Shown in pieces: positions 34,765 to 43,345 of a stretch of 64,000 bases of DNA. The translations under genes and the position numbers were made by a program. Location of the stretch: NCBI GenBank assembly GCA_934432675.1, contig CAKRYT010000004.1:19570-83569 (forward strand), read 5' to 3'. The notes beneath the pieces were generated by a model. The model searched no databases. It worked only from the letters and a program-made list of their open reading frames with translations, and was not told the origin of the DNA. Numbering within the stretch: position 1 is the stretch's first letter; each line of letters begins with the position of its first letter. This stretch comes from an uncultured Eubacteriales bacterium (GTDB taxonomy: Bacteria > Bacillota > Clostridia > Oscillospirales > CAG-272).

Positions 34765-37700
34765 TGCTCCGATCCCCCTTTCTTGCGATGTGCCTTTTGC
34801 CTGTGCTCGCGCACGAGTTCATGCGGCCATTTGAACTTGAATTTCCGAACGGCAACATCTGCGAGGAACAGGACAAGTGCCAGGATCATGAACACATATC
34901 TCGGGTCAAAGGTCTTCTGTACTGCCGTCACAAAGTTGGCGAAGATTTCTTTTGGCTCGTCGTTGTCCTCGATGACGGCCCCGTTGCCGCCCTCTGCCAG
35001 TCCGGTGAGGAACGCCGCGAGTTCCCGGTCCGTCGGGGTGCCGGCGATGTCGTACTCCCCGGAGTACGAGAACGCGCAGTAGGTCTTGCTTTCGGCGAGG
35101 ACATTGCCCGCCGCATCCACCTTCTGCAAGGCGATTTCATACACGCCGGGGGTCTTGATGACGAAACCGCAACGGCTGTAATGGTTGGTCGCGCCGAGGG
35201 CGGAGGTAACGTAACAGTCGAGGGCCGTCAGGCGCGTCCCCTCCGGTGCCGCCGTCACCGTATCGAGCGACAGGGGCTGCCCCGTCGCGTCTGCCATGTT
35301 CTTTAAGTAGCCGACGATACGTTCCCCGTCGTCGAGCGACGAAAAGATACTGAGTTGATTCGTGTAGTTATCCCGCGTCAGTTGCATGGAGATCTTTTCC
35401 CTCACGGATTCAAGCGGCATGGTTGCGGTCACCGCATTGCGGATGAACTGCCTGCCGGAGCCGTTGTTCTGTTCCGTCACGGAGAGAAAATCCGAAGACC
35501 ACGTACCGTTCAGGTCACACATGAAACTACCGACGTTACCTTTTCCGTACCGCCACTGGGCATACAGCGGAACACCGTAGTTACTCACAAGCACCAGGTC
35601 GGCACCGTCCTTCACCTTCACACCGAAGAAACCGTCAATGGTCACGGTCATTTTCGAAGTCTTTTTGCCGTCTACCGTGGCGAGTTCAATGCCGTTCAGG
35701 AGCGGCGAGAAGGTGTCGTTCGCAATCACGTCGTATTTGAGCGGATTGCCGTCCTTGTCCTTGTAGTTGACCTCATCCACCTTGGCGGCATGGAGGTCCT
35801 CCTGCATGGAGTCGGTGATGCCGCCCCCCTCCGCACTGGTGTACAGTTTACCGCCGCCGAGGGTGCACGCCTCCTGCATCTGCTTGGCGGCGTCGGAGCC
35901 CTTCTCCACGCCGATGCCGACGACGGAATAAGTAATACCGTTACTGTTATGGAATTGCCGGATATAATCGTGGTATTCATCCTTCTGGTCCTCGGGCACA
36001 AGACCGTCCGTCACGATAATGACGTGGCGCACCGCCACGTCCATGGAAAGGAGTGCGCGGCTCGCGGTCTCGATCGGCCCCGGGAAAACGGTGCCGCCCG
36101 TAGGTCCGAGTTCGAGCGTTTCGACGATCGCCCGATCGATCTTGGCGGTTTCGGAACGCGGTGTCAGCCCGAGCCGGATCTCATAATCGGTGTCCAGGGT
36201 CATAAGGCCGAAATAGTCTCTCTCGGTCAGTTTGTCAAGGCACCCTCTCGCGCCTGCGAGTGCAAGTTCGTAATAGGTGTTGCCCTTGTCGTCCTTTGCG
36301 CCCATGGAGCCGGAGCGGTCCACGATCACGATGAGTGCCGTAGGGGGGGTGTAGTCGATGGCCTGCACCGGCATGATCTCTTGGAGGACCTTGCCGAATT
36401 TCCCCATGTCTTCACGGTTGTAGGCGTGGGCGACGTACTTGTCGTCTTCCCCGTTCTCGCCGGGCACCACGTCGGCACCGCCGACGGTGAAGAGACCGCC
36501 GCCGTACGTGCCGACGTAGTCGCGGAGGAGTTCCTGGAAACCTTCCGGCATCTCCGCCGCCTTGACGTTATTGAGGATAATCTGGTCGTACACACGCATC
36601 TCGTCCATCGTCCGCGGCACGGTGTTATCGGTCGTGATATTCTTGACCGTGACGTCAAACGGATCGTCCCCCTCCGAGAGGAGTGCTTTCAACGCCTCAG
36701 ACTCCCCGTCCTTGTGTTCGAGGATGAGGACCTTGTCGAAGTGTTCCAGATTAAGATACGAGTAATAAACGTTGTTCTCGGTCAGCATATCCCGTCCGCC
36801 CGCATCGGCACCGTCGCCGCCGGACGTCCCCTTCCCGGACAGGAGCCGGAAGGAGAGGGAGTGCAGACCCGCACCGGTGAACGTGTACTGAAAAGTCACG
36901 TTCTGCGTACCAGCACCGACGGACACATCCTGCGTTTCTATGAGCGTACCGTTGTCGTAAAACTCCACCGTGGCAGTGCCCGCAGTGCTTGCGTGCAAGG
37001 TCACGCCGATCGGGCAGTTCGTGCCCGGGGTCACGTGGTAGTCCGGCAGGACGGCACCCACCAGCTGCATATTCACGCCGCCGAAGGAGGAGGGCACGTT
37101 GGCGACGTCCACACCGATGCCCTTTGCACTGACGCTGCGGATGACGTTCATCGCCGCCTCGTCCGTCTCTTTCCCGTCCGTGACGAGCACGATGCGCGCC
37201 GTCTCCGGGTGCGTAAAGAGGGTGGAGGTGTAAGTCAGCGCGGCGGCGATGTCCGTCGCCGTGGTGTCCGGCCGTTCTGCCGACCGGTAACGGTTCATCA
37301 TCTTTTCCACCGAGATCTTATCCGTCATTTCCACGGCATAGACCTGGTCGTAACCGAAAGTGACGATACCGATACTGTAACCGTCATACTGCCCCCGACG
37401 GAGGACCGTCCTGACGAATTCGTCTCGCGCGGCACTTGCCTGTTCCTCGGTGTCCGAGGCATCCACCAGAAGGATGATCTGGTTTTCCTTGTTGGGAATC
37501 TCGTAAGTAAAGAAGGTGCCCGCCATGGTCAGCACCGCGAGTGCAAACACGATGAGGTGCAGGACGATGGAGGTCACGCGGTTCCTGTTCTTCCGATACT
37601 TTTTGGAGAGGCGGAAATACAGGAGTGCCGTCAGCCCGAGGCCGAGCAGGAAGACAAGGAGGAGAAGCGGGTATGAAAAATGAATTCTGAAATGTACCAT
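34761..37700 (-). CDS. Membrane protein with two vWA domains (BatB-like), 979 aa
   Basis: N-terminal TM pair with the basic loop SKKYRKNRNR.
First vWA beginning IILLVDASDT.
Central region FDKVLILEHKDGESEALKALL...YDQIILNNV...GGGLFTVGG, tentatively class-I glutamine-amidotransferase-like.
Second vWA with a complete MIDAS start, LIVIVDRSGSMG...GGT...VIIVTDG.
C-terminal TM FMILALVLFLADVAV plus a basic tail.
RBS AGGAGG 6 nt before the ATG. Confidence 0.85.
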   Translation of the reverse strand: MVHFRIHFSYPLLLLVFLLGLGLTALLYFRLSKKYRKNRNRVTSIVLHLIVFALAVLTMAGTFFTYEIPNKENQIILLVDASDTEEQASAARDEFVRTVLRRGQYDGYSIGIVTFGYDQVYAVEMTDKISVEKMMNRYRSAERPDTTATDIAAALTYTSTLFTHPETARIVLVTDGKETDEAAMNVIRSVSAKGIGVDVANVPSSFGGVNMQLVGAVLPDYHVTPGTNCPIGVTLHASTAGTATVEFYDNGTLIETQDVSVGAGTQNVTFQYTFTGAGLHSLSFRLLSGKGTSGGDGADAGGRDMLTENNVYYSYLNLEHFDKVLILEHKDGESEALKALLSEGDDPFDVTVKNITTDNTVPRTMDEMRVYDQIILNNVKAAEMPEGFQELLRDYVGTYGGGLFTVGGADVVPGENGEDDKYVAHAYNREDMGKFGKVLQEIMPVQAIDYTPPTALIVIVDRSGSMGAKDDKGNTYYELALAGARGCLDKLTERDYFGLMTLDTDYEIRLGLTPRSETAKIDRAIVETLELGPTGGTVFPGPIETASRALLSMDVAVRHVIIVTDGLVPEDQKDEYHDYIRQFHNSNGITYSVVGIGVEKGSDAAKQMQEACTLGGGKLYTSAEGGGITDSMQEDLHAAKVDEVNYKDKDGNPLKYDVIANDTFSPLLNGIELATVDGKKTSKMTVTIDGFFGVKVKDGADLVLVSNYGVPLYAQWRYGKGNVGSFMCDLNGTWSSDFLSVTEQNNGSGRQFIRNAVTATMPLESVREKISMQLTRDNYTNQLSIFSSLDDGERIVGYLKNMADATGQPLSLDTVTAAPEGTRLTALDCYVTSALGATNHYSRCGFVIKTPGVYEIALQKVDAAGNVLAESKTYCAFSYSGEYDIAGTPTDRELAAFLTGLAEGGNGAVIEDNDEPKEIFANFVTAVQKTFDPRYVFMILALVLFLADVAVRKFKFKWPHELVREHRQKAHRKKGGSEQ

Positions 37701-37712
37701 TGTTCCGCCTCC

Positions 37713-39710
37713 TTACAAACTGCTTTCTCTGTGCTGCAAATACCATTCCAGTGTCAGCAGCGCAACCAAAGCACAGGCGATATACAGCAGTACGTCACTG
37801 TAATAATCGCTCTCGTCCACCTCGTAGTACGGGCTCCTGAGAGCATCTTTCTCGGCAAAAATGTTACTCTCCGCGCGCGGCATCCGAACGTAAATGGTCT
37901 CGACCACTTCCTTGCCGGAATAGGTCGTCTGCCGGACGGTGTAGGCACCGGGTGTATCCAGCCGCAAACTCGCGGGGAACGACGTGAAGGTCAACCGGTC
38001 ATCACCCTCGCCGACCGTGAGGGATTCTCCCCGGCAGTTGAGCGAAACAGACTCTCCGGTCTCGAATGCATTGGAGTCCACCGTGGACGGGAAGAAATAC
38101 CCGAACATGTTATACATCAGAATCGGGAAATCCACGAGCAGCGGCAGATTGGAATAATGCAACGAGAAACTCATGATCGCCACCCGCGCGTCCTTGTCGT
38201 TCCGGACGAGCAGCAACGGGTCGTCGGCGTAAGAAAGCAGCACCGTATAGGCGGAATCGGCGGTGATCTTGTTATAACGACTGACGGAAATATCGGTCGC
38301 ATTCACGTTTTCGAGCACGGGACTCGCGTTCTGCTCGGCAAGATAAACGCTGTTCTTGCTGTCAACGATGTTTCTCACCTGGAAACCGGCATTTTCGGGT
38401 GCTTCCAGCGGATCGGCGAGGAGCACAACGCCGTCTGTCGGCATTTGCGTCGGCATGGTATGTTCGAAAATGTAGAAATCGAAACCGCTCGTCTCGTACG
38501 GATTGCCCCTCTTGACCTGCGTAATCTCAATATTCCAGCGGTCCGCATAGTTCTTTTTGACGGCGGCAAGCACCTGCTGGAAGAAGACGTTGGGGCCGAG
38601 CGGCTGACCCGTCATAGGGTCGGTGCCGTTGCTGTAATACTGAATTCTGACCGTCTCTTTTTGCCCGCCGTAAATGCTGAACACATTATCCTCGCGGAGC
38701 GAATCCCGCTCGTCGATGCTGACGATAACGGACTGGTAGGAATAGACGCGGTCCTCCTCGGCGATATTCACGAAAACCGTGTTATCGTCGAGCGAGTCGT
38801 AAAACGCCTGTTCCTGATCCCGGGGCACGTACTTGAAGAGGACGGTGTACACGCCGTCGTTGGCGCAGTGCACGGTCGCGGAAAACCGTCGATCCTGCCC
38901 GCCCTCGGCCTCTGTACGGTTGACACCGTTGACGGCGAGGTCCACGGTCAGATCCGTGTCTTTTCCGTAACTGGCCACTTCCACGCGGAAAGTATAATAG
39001 TTGTCCTCGTAGACGGCGGTGGCGTCGAGGATAGCGGCATTCCACTCCTCCCGGTCGGCAACGTTCACAAGACTGATGTTGTCGGAGAGGTCCGCATACG
39101 TTTCATCCGTGTAAAGATAGATGTGCGCTGCCGGATTGGAGGAGAGGATACGGTCACTCATGGTCACGGCGGCTCTCATGTCCGCCGCCGTGTAGGTACA
39201 GCCGTCTGCCCCGTTGTCCAGGAGGGCACGGATGCTACCGATCGTCTTTTCCCGGGTCTCCGCACCCGCCCGCTCTGCAAGGTAGGTGTTTTCTTTCCCG
39301 GCGAGGATGACGGAAACGATACCGTCCTGATCAAAAATCTGTTCTGCCTGCTGCGCGGCGGCATTCACCGCGCGTTCATACCGCGTCTTATCCCCGTCTC
39401 CCGTCCGCATACTGGCGGAGGCGTCGATGACGAGGACGGCCTCGGGCCGGTCTTCCTGCTCTTTCAGGACCCGGACAGGCTTGGAGAGGATCATGGCGAT
39501 GGAGGCGATGATGAGCACCTGGCACGCAACGAGCAGGATGTTACGCAGGCGGCTGATCGGGATTTTGCGTTTTTTGAATTGAAGACTCAATTTCCAGATG
39601 TAGGTACTGGAAATCAACTTTTGCTGGAAATTCGGCTTAATGATGTAAATCAGGAGAAGAACGAGAATTCCGACAAGAGCGAGGAGTCCGAGTGGTAGGA
39701 GTAATCTCAC
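37713..39710 (-). CDS. BatA-N-terminal-domain / vWA membrane protein, 665 aa
   Basis: MRLLLPLGLLALVGILVLLLIYIIKP...KKRKIPISRLRNILLVACQVLIIASIAMILSKP is the BatA-type double-TM N-domain. The vWA follows, with MIDAS VLVIDASASM...LYTDE, then a C-terminal TM LLYIACALVALLTLEWYL. GTG start overlapping the DUF58 stop (GTGA, 39707-39710). Confidence 0.85.
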   Translation of the reverse strand: MRLLLPLGLLALVGILVLLLIYIIKPNFQQKLISSTYIWKLSLQFKKRKIPISRLRNILLVACQVLIIASIAMILSKPVRVLKEQEDRPEAVLVIDASASMRTGDGDKTRYERAVNAAAQQAEQIFDQDGIVSVILAGKENTYLAERAGAETREKTIGSIRALLDNGADGCTYTAADMRAAVTMSDRILSSNPAAHIYLYTDETYADLSDNISLVNVADREEWNAAILDATAVYEDNYYTFRVEVASYGKDTDLTVDLAVNGVNRTEAEGGQDRRFSATVHCANDGVYTVLFKYVPRDQEQAFYDSLDDNTVFVNIAEEDRVYSYQSVIVSIDERDSLREDNVFSIYGGQKETVRIQYYSNGTDPMTGQPLGPNVFFQQVLAAVKKNYADRWNIEITQVKRGNPYETSGFDFYIFEHTMPTQMPTDGVVLLADPLEAPENAGFQVRNIVDSKNSVYLAEQNASPVLENVNATDISVSRYNKITADSAYTVLLSYADDPLLLVRNDKDARVAIMSFSLHYSNLPLLVDFPILMYNMFGYFFPSTVDSNAFETGESVSLNCRGESLTVGEGDDRLTFTSFPASLRLDTPGAYTVRQTTYSGKEVVETIYVRMPRAESNIFAEKDALRSPYYEVDESDYYSDVLLYIACALVALLTLEWYLQHRESSL

Positions 39711-40606
39711 GATACGGTACCTCGTTTCAAAAGCTCGGAGAAGAGCTGCCGCTCAATCGGCTTTTCGCAGTTGAGGGCAATGAACCCCGCACCGCGCTTT
39801 TTGCAGAAATTGCCAATGTCATCGTAGAAAGCGGTGACGGCCTCACGGAATGCCTGCTGCATGGATTTGTTGATGCGGAGTTTCATGTTGCGGGCGTCTG
39901 CCATGTCCACGGACTCCGCGTCGATCAGGTTGATCCTGTCCGTATAGGTAGGGTCGAGTTCATCCGGGGAATAGACCTGCATGAGCAGGATCTGTTTCTT
40001 TTTGTAAACCAGGTAATCGACGCCTTTTTTCCAGTCGTCGTTTGAGAAGAAGTCGGAGATAATCACCGTCAGCCCGTCACCCGTCCCGGTATTCGGATTG
40101 GAGATGATGGCGCGGGAAATCTCCGCTTCACCGTCGAATTCGATCCGATCGAGCGTCTTCATCGCACGGAAGAATGCGGTCTTCCCGACGATGGTGCCGA
40201 AAGGATTTTCCGCCTTGCCCCCCCGAATCAGATGGTACGATACCTTGTCCATATTGTGGATGGCGAGGTATCCCATGGCGGCGGCGGCGGCAATGGCGTA
40301 CGCGCCCTTGTCCGGATTGACCTTCCCCATGGAGCCCGAGCAGTCGATGAAGATCTGCACGTGCATTTGTCTTTCATCGGTGAACAGTTTGATAAAGTAC
40401 TTCTCAAAACGGCTGTATAGATTCCAGTCGATGCGGCGGATATCGTCTCCCAGCATATACTCGCGGTAATCGGCGAATTCCACGGTCTGCCCGTAGGTGT
40501 TGACCAGGTGCTTGCCGCCGAAGTAGCCGCCGAGATCCTTACGCAGGTTAAACGCAAGTGCCTCCAAACGACTGAAAAACGCGTCGTTCAAATAAGAAGC
40601 TTTCAT
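39707..40606 (-). CDS. DUF58-family protein (vWA-like, MoxR partner)
   Basis: FADYREYMLGDDIRRIDWNLYSRFEKYFIKLFTDERQMHVQIFIDCSGSMG is the DUF58 core motif. 299 aa. The start overlaps the MoxR stop by 1 nt (TAATG at 40604-40608). Confidence 0.9.
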   Translation of the reverse strand: MKASYLNDAFFSRLEALAFNLRKDLGGYFGGKHLVNTYGQTVEFADYREYMLGDDIRRIDWNLYSRFEKYFIKLFTDERQMHVQIFIDCSGSMGKVNPDKGAYAIAAAAAMGYLAIHNMDKVSYHLIRGGKAENPFGTIVGKTAFFRAMKTLDRIEFDGEAEISRAIISNPNTGTGDGLTVIISDFFSNDDWKKGVDYLVYKKKQILLMQVYSPDELDPTYTDRINLIDAESVDMADARNMKLRINKSMQQAFREAVTAFYDDIGNFCKKRGAGFIALNCEKPIERQLFSELLKRGTVS

Positions 40607-41649
40607 TAGTCTTTACTGTTGTCTCCCACAGCGGCATTCCACACGCCGGCATCCAGATGCACCTTGCATCTCTTTGCGACTTCTTCCACGATCATACGGA
40701 TGACCGTGTCGGGGGCGACGCGTTCGGCGATCGCCTCGAAGTTCATCTTCATACGGTGGCGCAGCACGGGGAAAGCCAGCGACGCGACGTCCGAGTAGGA
40801 CACGTTGTATCTGCCGTTCATGAGTGCCAGCACTTTAGCGGCGGAGATGAGTGCCTGACCGCCACGCGGGGAGGAGCCGAGCCGGATATAGTTCTTCGCC
40901 GCCTCCGATGCGTGCACGCTGTCGGGCTGGGTCGCGGAAATGATCATCATGGCGAAGTCCAGTACCTCGTCCGCGACGGGGATCTGATTGGCGGTCTCGC
41001 GCATTTCGAGCAGCTGCTCTGCGTTGCAGGCGGCGTTCGCGGTCTCGCCCATGGTCTTCTGCGTCATGGTGACGATGCCCTTCAAATCTTCGAGCGAGGG
41101 GTTATCGACCACCAGTTTGAACATGAAACGGTCCATCTGTGCCTCCGGCAGCGGATAGGTACCGTCCTGCTCCACGGGGTTCTGCGTCGCGAGGACGAAG
41201 AACGGTTCTTTCATCCGGCGGGAGACGCCCATGACGGTCACGGTGTGCTCCTGCATGGCTTCCAGCAGGGCCGACTGCGTTTTCGGCGTCGCACGGTTGA
41301 TTTCGTCTGCGAGAATCAGGTTGGCGAAGATCGGACCGGGCTCAAAGCGGAAGGTGGAGTTACCGTTTTCATCCTTGGTGATGATGTTGGTACCCGTAAC
41401 GTCCGCCGGCATCAGGTCGGGGGTGAACTGAATACGGGAAAAAGGAAGATCGAATACGCGGCTGAGCGTTCTGACAAGCCTTGTCTTACCCACCCCGGGT
41501 ACCCCTTCCAGCAGGATGTTGCCCCCTGCAATCAGGGCGATGATCGTGTTCCGCACGACCTCTTCCTGCCCTATCATATCCTTGTGGGTCTCTTCAAAGA
41601 TGTGCGTGCAAAGCTCGCTGAAATGCTGAATGCTCTCTTCTGTAACCAT
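40606..41649 (-). CDS. MoxR-family AAA+ ATPase (AAA_3)
   Basis: Walker A LLEGVPGVGKTRLV, RIQFTPDLMPADVTG, Walker B and sensor LILADEINRATPKTQSALLEAMQE, and FFVLATQNPVEQDGTYPLPEAQMDRF. The 347-aa length and adjacency to DUF58/vWA genes are typical for MoxR. Confidence 0.93.
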   Translation of the reverse strand: MVTEESIQHFSELCTHIFEETHKDMIGQEEVVRNTIIALIAGGNILLEGVPGVGKTRLVRTLSRVFDLPFSRIQFTPDLMPADVTGTNIITKDENGNSTFRFEPGPIFANLILADEINRATPKTQSALLEAMQEHTVTVMGVSRRMKEPFFVLATQNPVEQDGTYPLPEAQMDRFMFKLVVDNPSLEDLKGIVTMTQKTMGETANAACNAEQLLEMRETANQIPVADEVLDFAMMIISATQPDSVHASEAAKNYIRLGSSPRGGQALISAAKVLALMNGRYNVSYSDVASLAFPVLRHRMKMNFEAIAERVAPDTVIRMIVEEVAKRCKVHLDAGVWNAAVGDNSKD

Positions 41650-41694
41650 TTTGAAATCCTTTTCCCTGAAAAATTAACTCGTTCGTTGTGTTGA

Positions 41695-42843
41695 TTATTT
41701 GGCGATATTGTTGAAGTAGTCGCTGATGGTGTCCGACTGTCCGCCGGACAGGTTGGTGTTGCCGCTCGTGGCGTTTTGTGCCTCGGAGAGGCTGTTGCTG
41801 TATTCGTTGCCGTAGAAGGTCTTGCCGTCGATGACCTGGTTGCCGGGCAAGGAAGATCCGCCCGCACCGGCACCGTCGCCGTCACCGTCACCATCTCCGT
41901 CTCCGTCACCGTCTCCGTCACCGTCGGAGGGGTCACCCGGTTTCGACGGTGCCTTGTCCTCGTCCCACGGCCGTTTGTCACCGGAGCCGTTCGAGTCCTG
42001 GTCCTGCGAGGGGTCCCCGTCCTCAAAATCGTTTGCGTCGGCGGGCTCGAAGATTGCCATGACCTTAAAGCCGTTCTGCACGTCCGCGTCGGCACGGAAA
42101 GCGTCTTCCACACCGTCCGTCCAGCCGACGAAGATGTATCCGTCATCCGCGATGGCCTGCATGGGCTCACCGGCCGAACCGGCGGCGACCTGCTGTCTGA
42201 CGATACCGAGTTTGCGGTCCTCTTCTTTCTGCTCGGGTCCGCCGACGACGACACCGCCCACGTTGTCCATGACACCGTACACGATCTCGTAGTACACGGT
42301 CTCCGACTTCGTTTTCGAGTCCGAAATGTATTGGAGGAGCGATTCGTCGACCAAAGCGTCAGCGGTCGTCGCAGTCGCGCTGACCGCGGCGGTCGTCGCG
42401 CAGATCACGATGAGCGGCACGGAAACCGCAAGTTTGATCAGCGAGGCGTTAACCTTTTTGAGTGCCGCGATGGTGTCTTCCCGCTGGCGGCGCGCCATGA
42501 AACTTTCGTCCCCCTCCAACTGTGCCATGGTCAGCACTCTCTCTTCGAGCCCGAGCATATCCACGCGGGACGCTACCTGACGCAGGGAGTTTTTAAATTT
42601 GCCGAAGTAAAAGAGTGGGGTCGCGGCGGCGACACCGACGGCGAAAACAACGGGGCCGATCCAGTACATCTTGATGCCGAATACCAGGCTCAGGACCGTA
42701 TAAAGAATATCCAGCGCAAACCCGACGATAAGACCGCAGAGTGCGGACTTGACCCATCCTTCCGTTGCCAGGCGGGAGCGGTATTGTGCCAGCAGTTTTT
42801 CTGCCTCGGACACGGGCTTATCGCTGTGTTTCTGTGTGCTCAT
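41695..42843 (-). CDS. Multi-pass membrane protein with extracytoplasmic Flg_new repeat and a (DG)9 acidic tract; first gene of the MoxR operon
   Basis: TM helices ALCGLIVGFALDILYTVLSLVF, WIGPVVFAVGVAAATPLFYF and AVSVPLIVICATTAAVSA. The Flg_new-like segment is DGYIFVGWTDGVED...FKVMAIFEP, followed by DPSDGDGDGDGDGDGDGDGDGAGAGG. AGGAGG precedes tandem ATGs at 42846 and 42843, and I chose 42843 for better spacing. The track start at 42882 has no RBS. Confidence 0.75.
   Translation of the reverse strand: MSTQKHSDKPVSEAEKLLAQYRSRLATEGWVKSALCGLIVGFALDILYTVLSLVFGIKMYWIGPVVFAVGVAAATPLFYFGKFKNSLRQVASRVDMLGLEERVLTMAQLEGDESFMARRQREDTIAALKKVNASLIKLAVSVPLIVICATTAAVSATATTADALVDESLLQYISDSKTKSETVYYEIVYGVMDNVGGVVVGGPEQKEEDRKLGIVRQQVAAGSAGEPMQAIADDGYIFVGWTDGVEDAFRADADVQNGFKVMAIFEPADANDFEDGDPSQDQDSNGSGDKRPWDEDKAPSKPGDPSDGDGDGDGDGDGDGDGDGAGAGGSSLPGNQVIDGKTFYGNEYSNSLSEAQNATSGNTNLSGGQSDTISDYFNNIAK
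41872..41925 (-). repeat. In-frame hexanucleotide repeat encoding (Asp-Gly)x9
   Basis: The plus strand is GTCDCC-type hexamers (GCCGTCACCGTCACCATCTCCGTCTCCGTCACCGTCTCCGTCACCGTC). The minus strand is GAC GGT GAC GGA ..., 18 codons of alternating D and G. Confidence 0.9.
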
Positions 42844-42935
42844 CATAACCTCCTGTTTGGTTTCGGCAGGTTGCCGCCGCACCGATGGCGGGTGTCACGG
42901 CTCCCCCGACAGTTCCCCAAAAATATATATAATAT

Positions 42936-42964
42936 AATATAGCACTTTGGTATAGGCTTGTAAA
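42936..42964 (-). promoter_or_regulatory. Sigma-A type promoter of the MoxR/vWA-adhesin operon
   Basis: On the minus strand: TTTACA (42964-42959), 17-nt spacer, TATATT (42941-42936), with TGc extended -10, in an AT-rich island about 90 nt upstream of the start codon. Confidence 0.65.
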
Positions 42965-42993
42965 GGACTTTTTGTCAACTTTATCCGAGGGTT

Positions 42994-43015
42994 TGCAATT
43001 CTTTTACAAATTGCA
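42994..43015. promoter_or_regulatory. Inverted repeat (operator-like) upstream of the operon promoter
   Basis: TGCAATT-cttttaca-AATTGCA has perfect 7-bp arms and an 8-nt spacer. It lies 30-50 bp upstream of the -35 box on the minus strand. Confidence 0.4.
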
Positions 43016-43270
43016 TGCCCGTTTTTCTATCTTATGCCGAAAATCGCGGGTCGGCAAATCGAAAAATGCACCCCGCGGGGTGCCGCGATGCAAAAAACCG
43101 TGAAAACTCCCTCCCCGTCGGGGGGCGTCATCTGCCGCGCCGTGCGCGACGGCCCCCGAAAAAACGCATGGGGGCTGCACCGGGATATAACGGCTCCCGA
43201 AAAAGCACATCGGAGGTGACGCCCGTCCGTCGCGCCGTCGTGCTCCCCTGCCCCGCCCGCACGGACGAAC

Positions 43271-43305
43271 AAAACGCCCCCCGCCAAAATGATTGGCGGG
43301 GGGCG
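43271..43305 (-). terminator. Rho-independent terminator of the giant LRR gene
   Basis: On the minus strand, stem CGCCCCCCGCCAA / TTGGCGGGGGGCG with a 5-nt loop, then TTTTG. A second hairpin (43306-43328) precedes it. A further GC palindrome followed by a T-tract lies at 43062-43083. Confidence 0.8.
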
Positions 43306-43345
43306 GAAGACCGATGGTTTCGGTCTTCTTTCGGTTACAGTGGCG

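Noticed and set aside
29201-35082. Plus-strand ORFs 29201..31930 (909 aa), 31945..33057 (370 aa) and 33445..35082 (545 aa), opposite the minus-strand lipoprotein genes.
   Set aside because: Shadow ORFs rich in Arg/Gly/Val with no domains. The minus-strand products have lipoboxes, Flg_new and LRR repeats, and coupled start/stop codons.
39707-41649. MoxR plus vWA-type genes as a phage-defence or NTP-dependent conflict system (vWA-MoxR ternary systems).
   Set aside because: I saw no associated effector, VMAP-like, nuclease, protease-effector, TIR or STAND domains. The architecture (MoxR-DUF58-BatA_N/vWA-vWA with TM anchors) matches the Bat-type membrane module instead. I cannot formally exclude a conflict role without profile searches.
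35355-42942. Plus-strand ORFs 35355..37676 (773 aa), 37680..39698 (672 aa), 40657..41694 (345 aa) and 41776..42942 (388 aa), plus the minus out-of-frame ORF 41574..42275.
   Set aside because: They lie opposite, or out of frame with, the vWA, DUF58 and MoxR genes, whose Walker and MIDAS motifs fix the true frames. Their composition is shadow-like.
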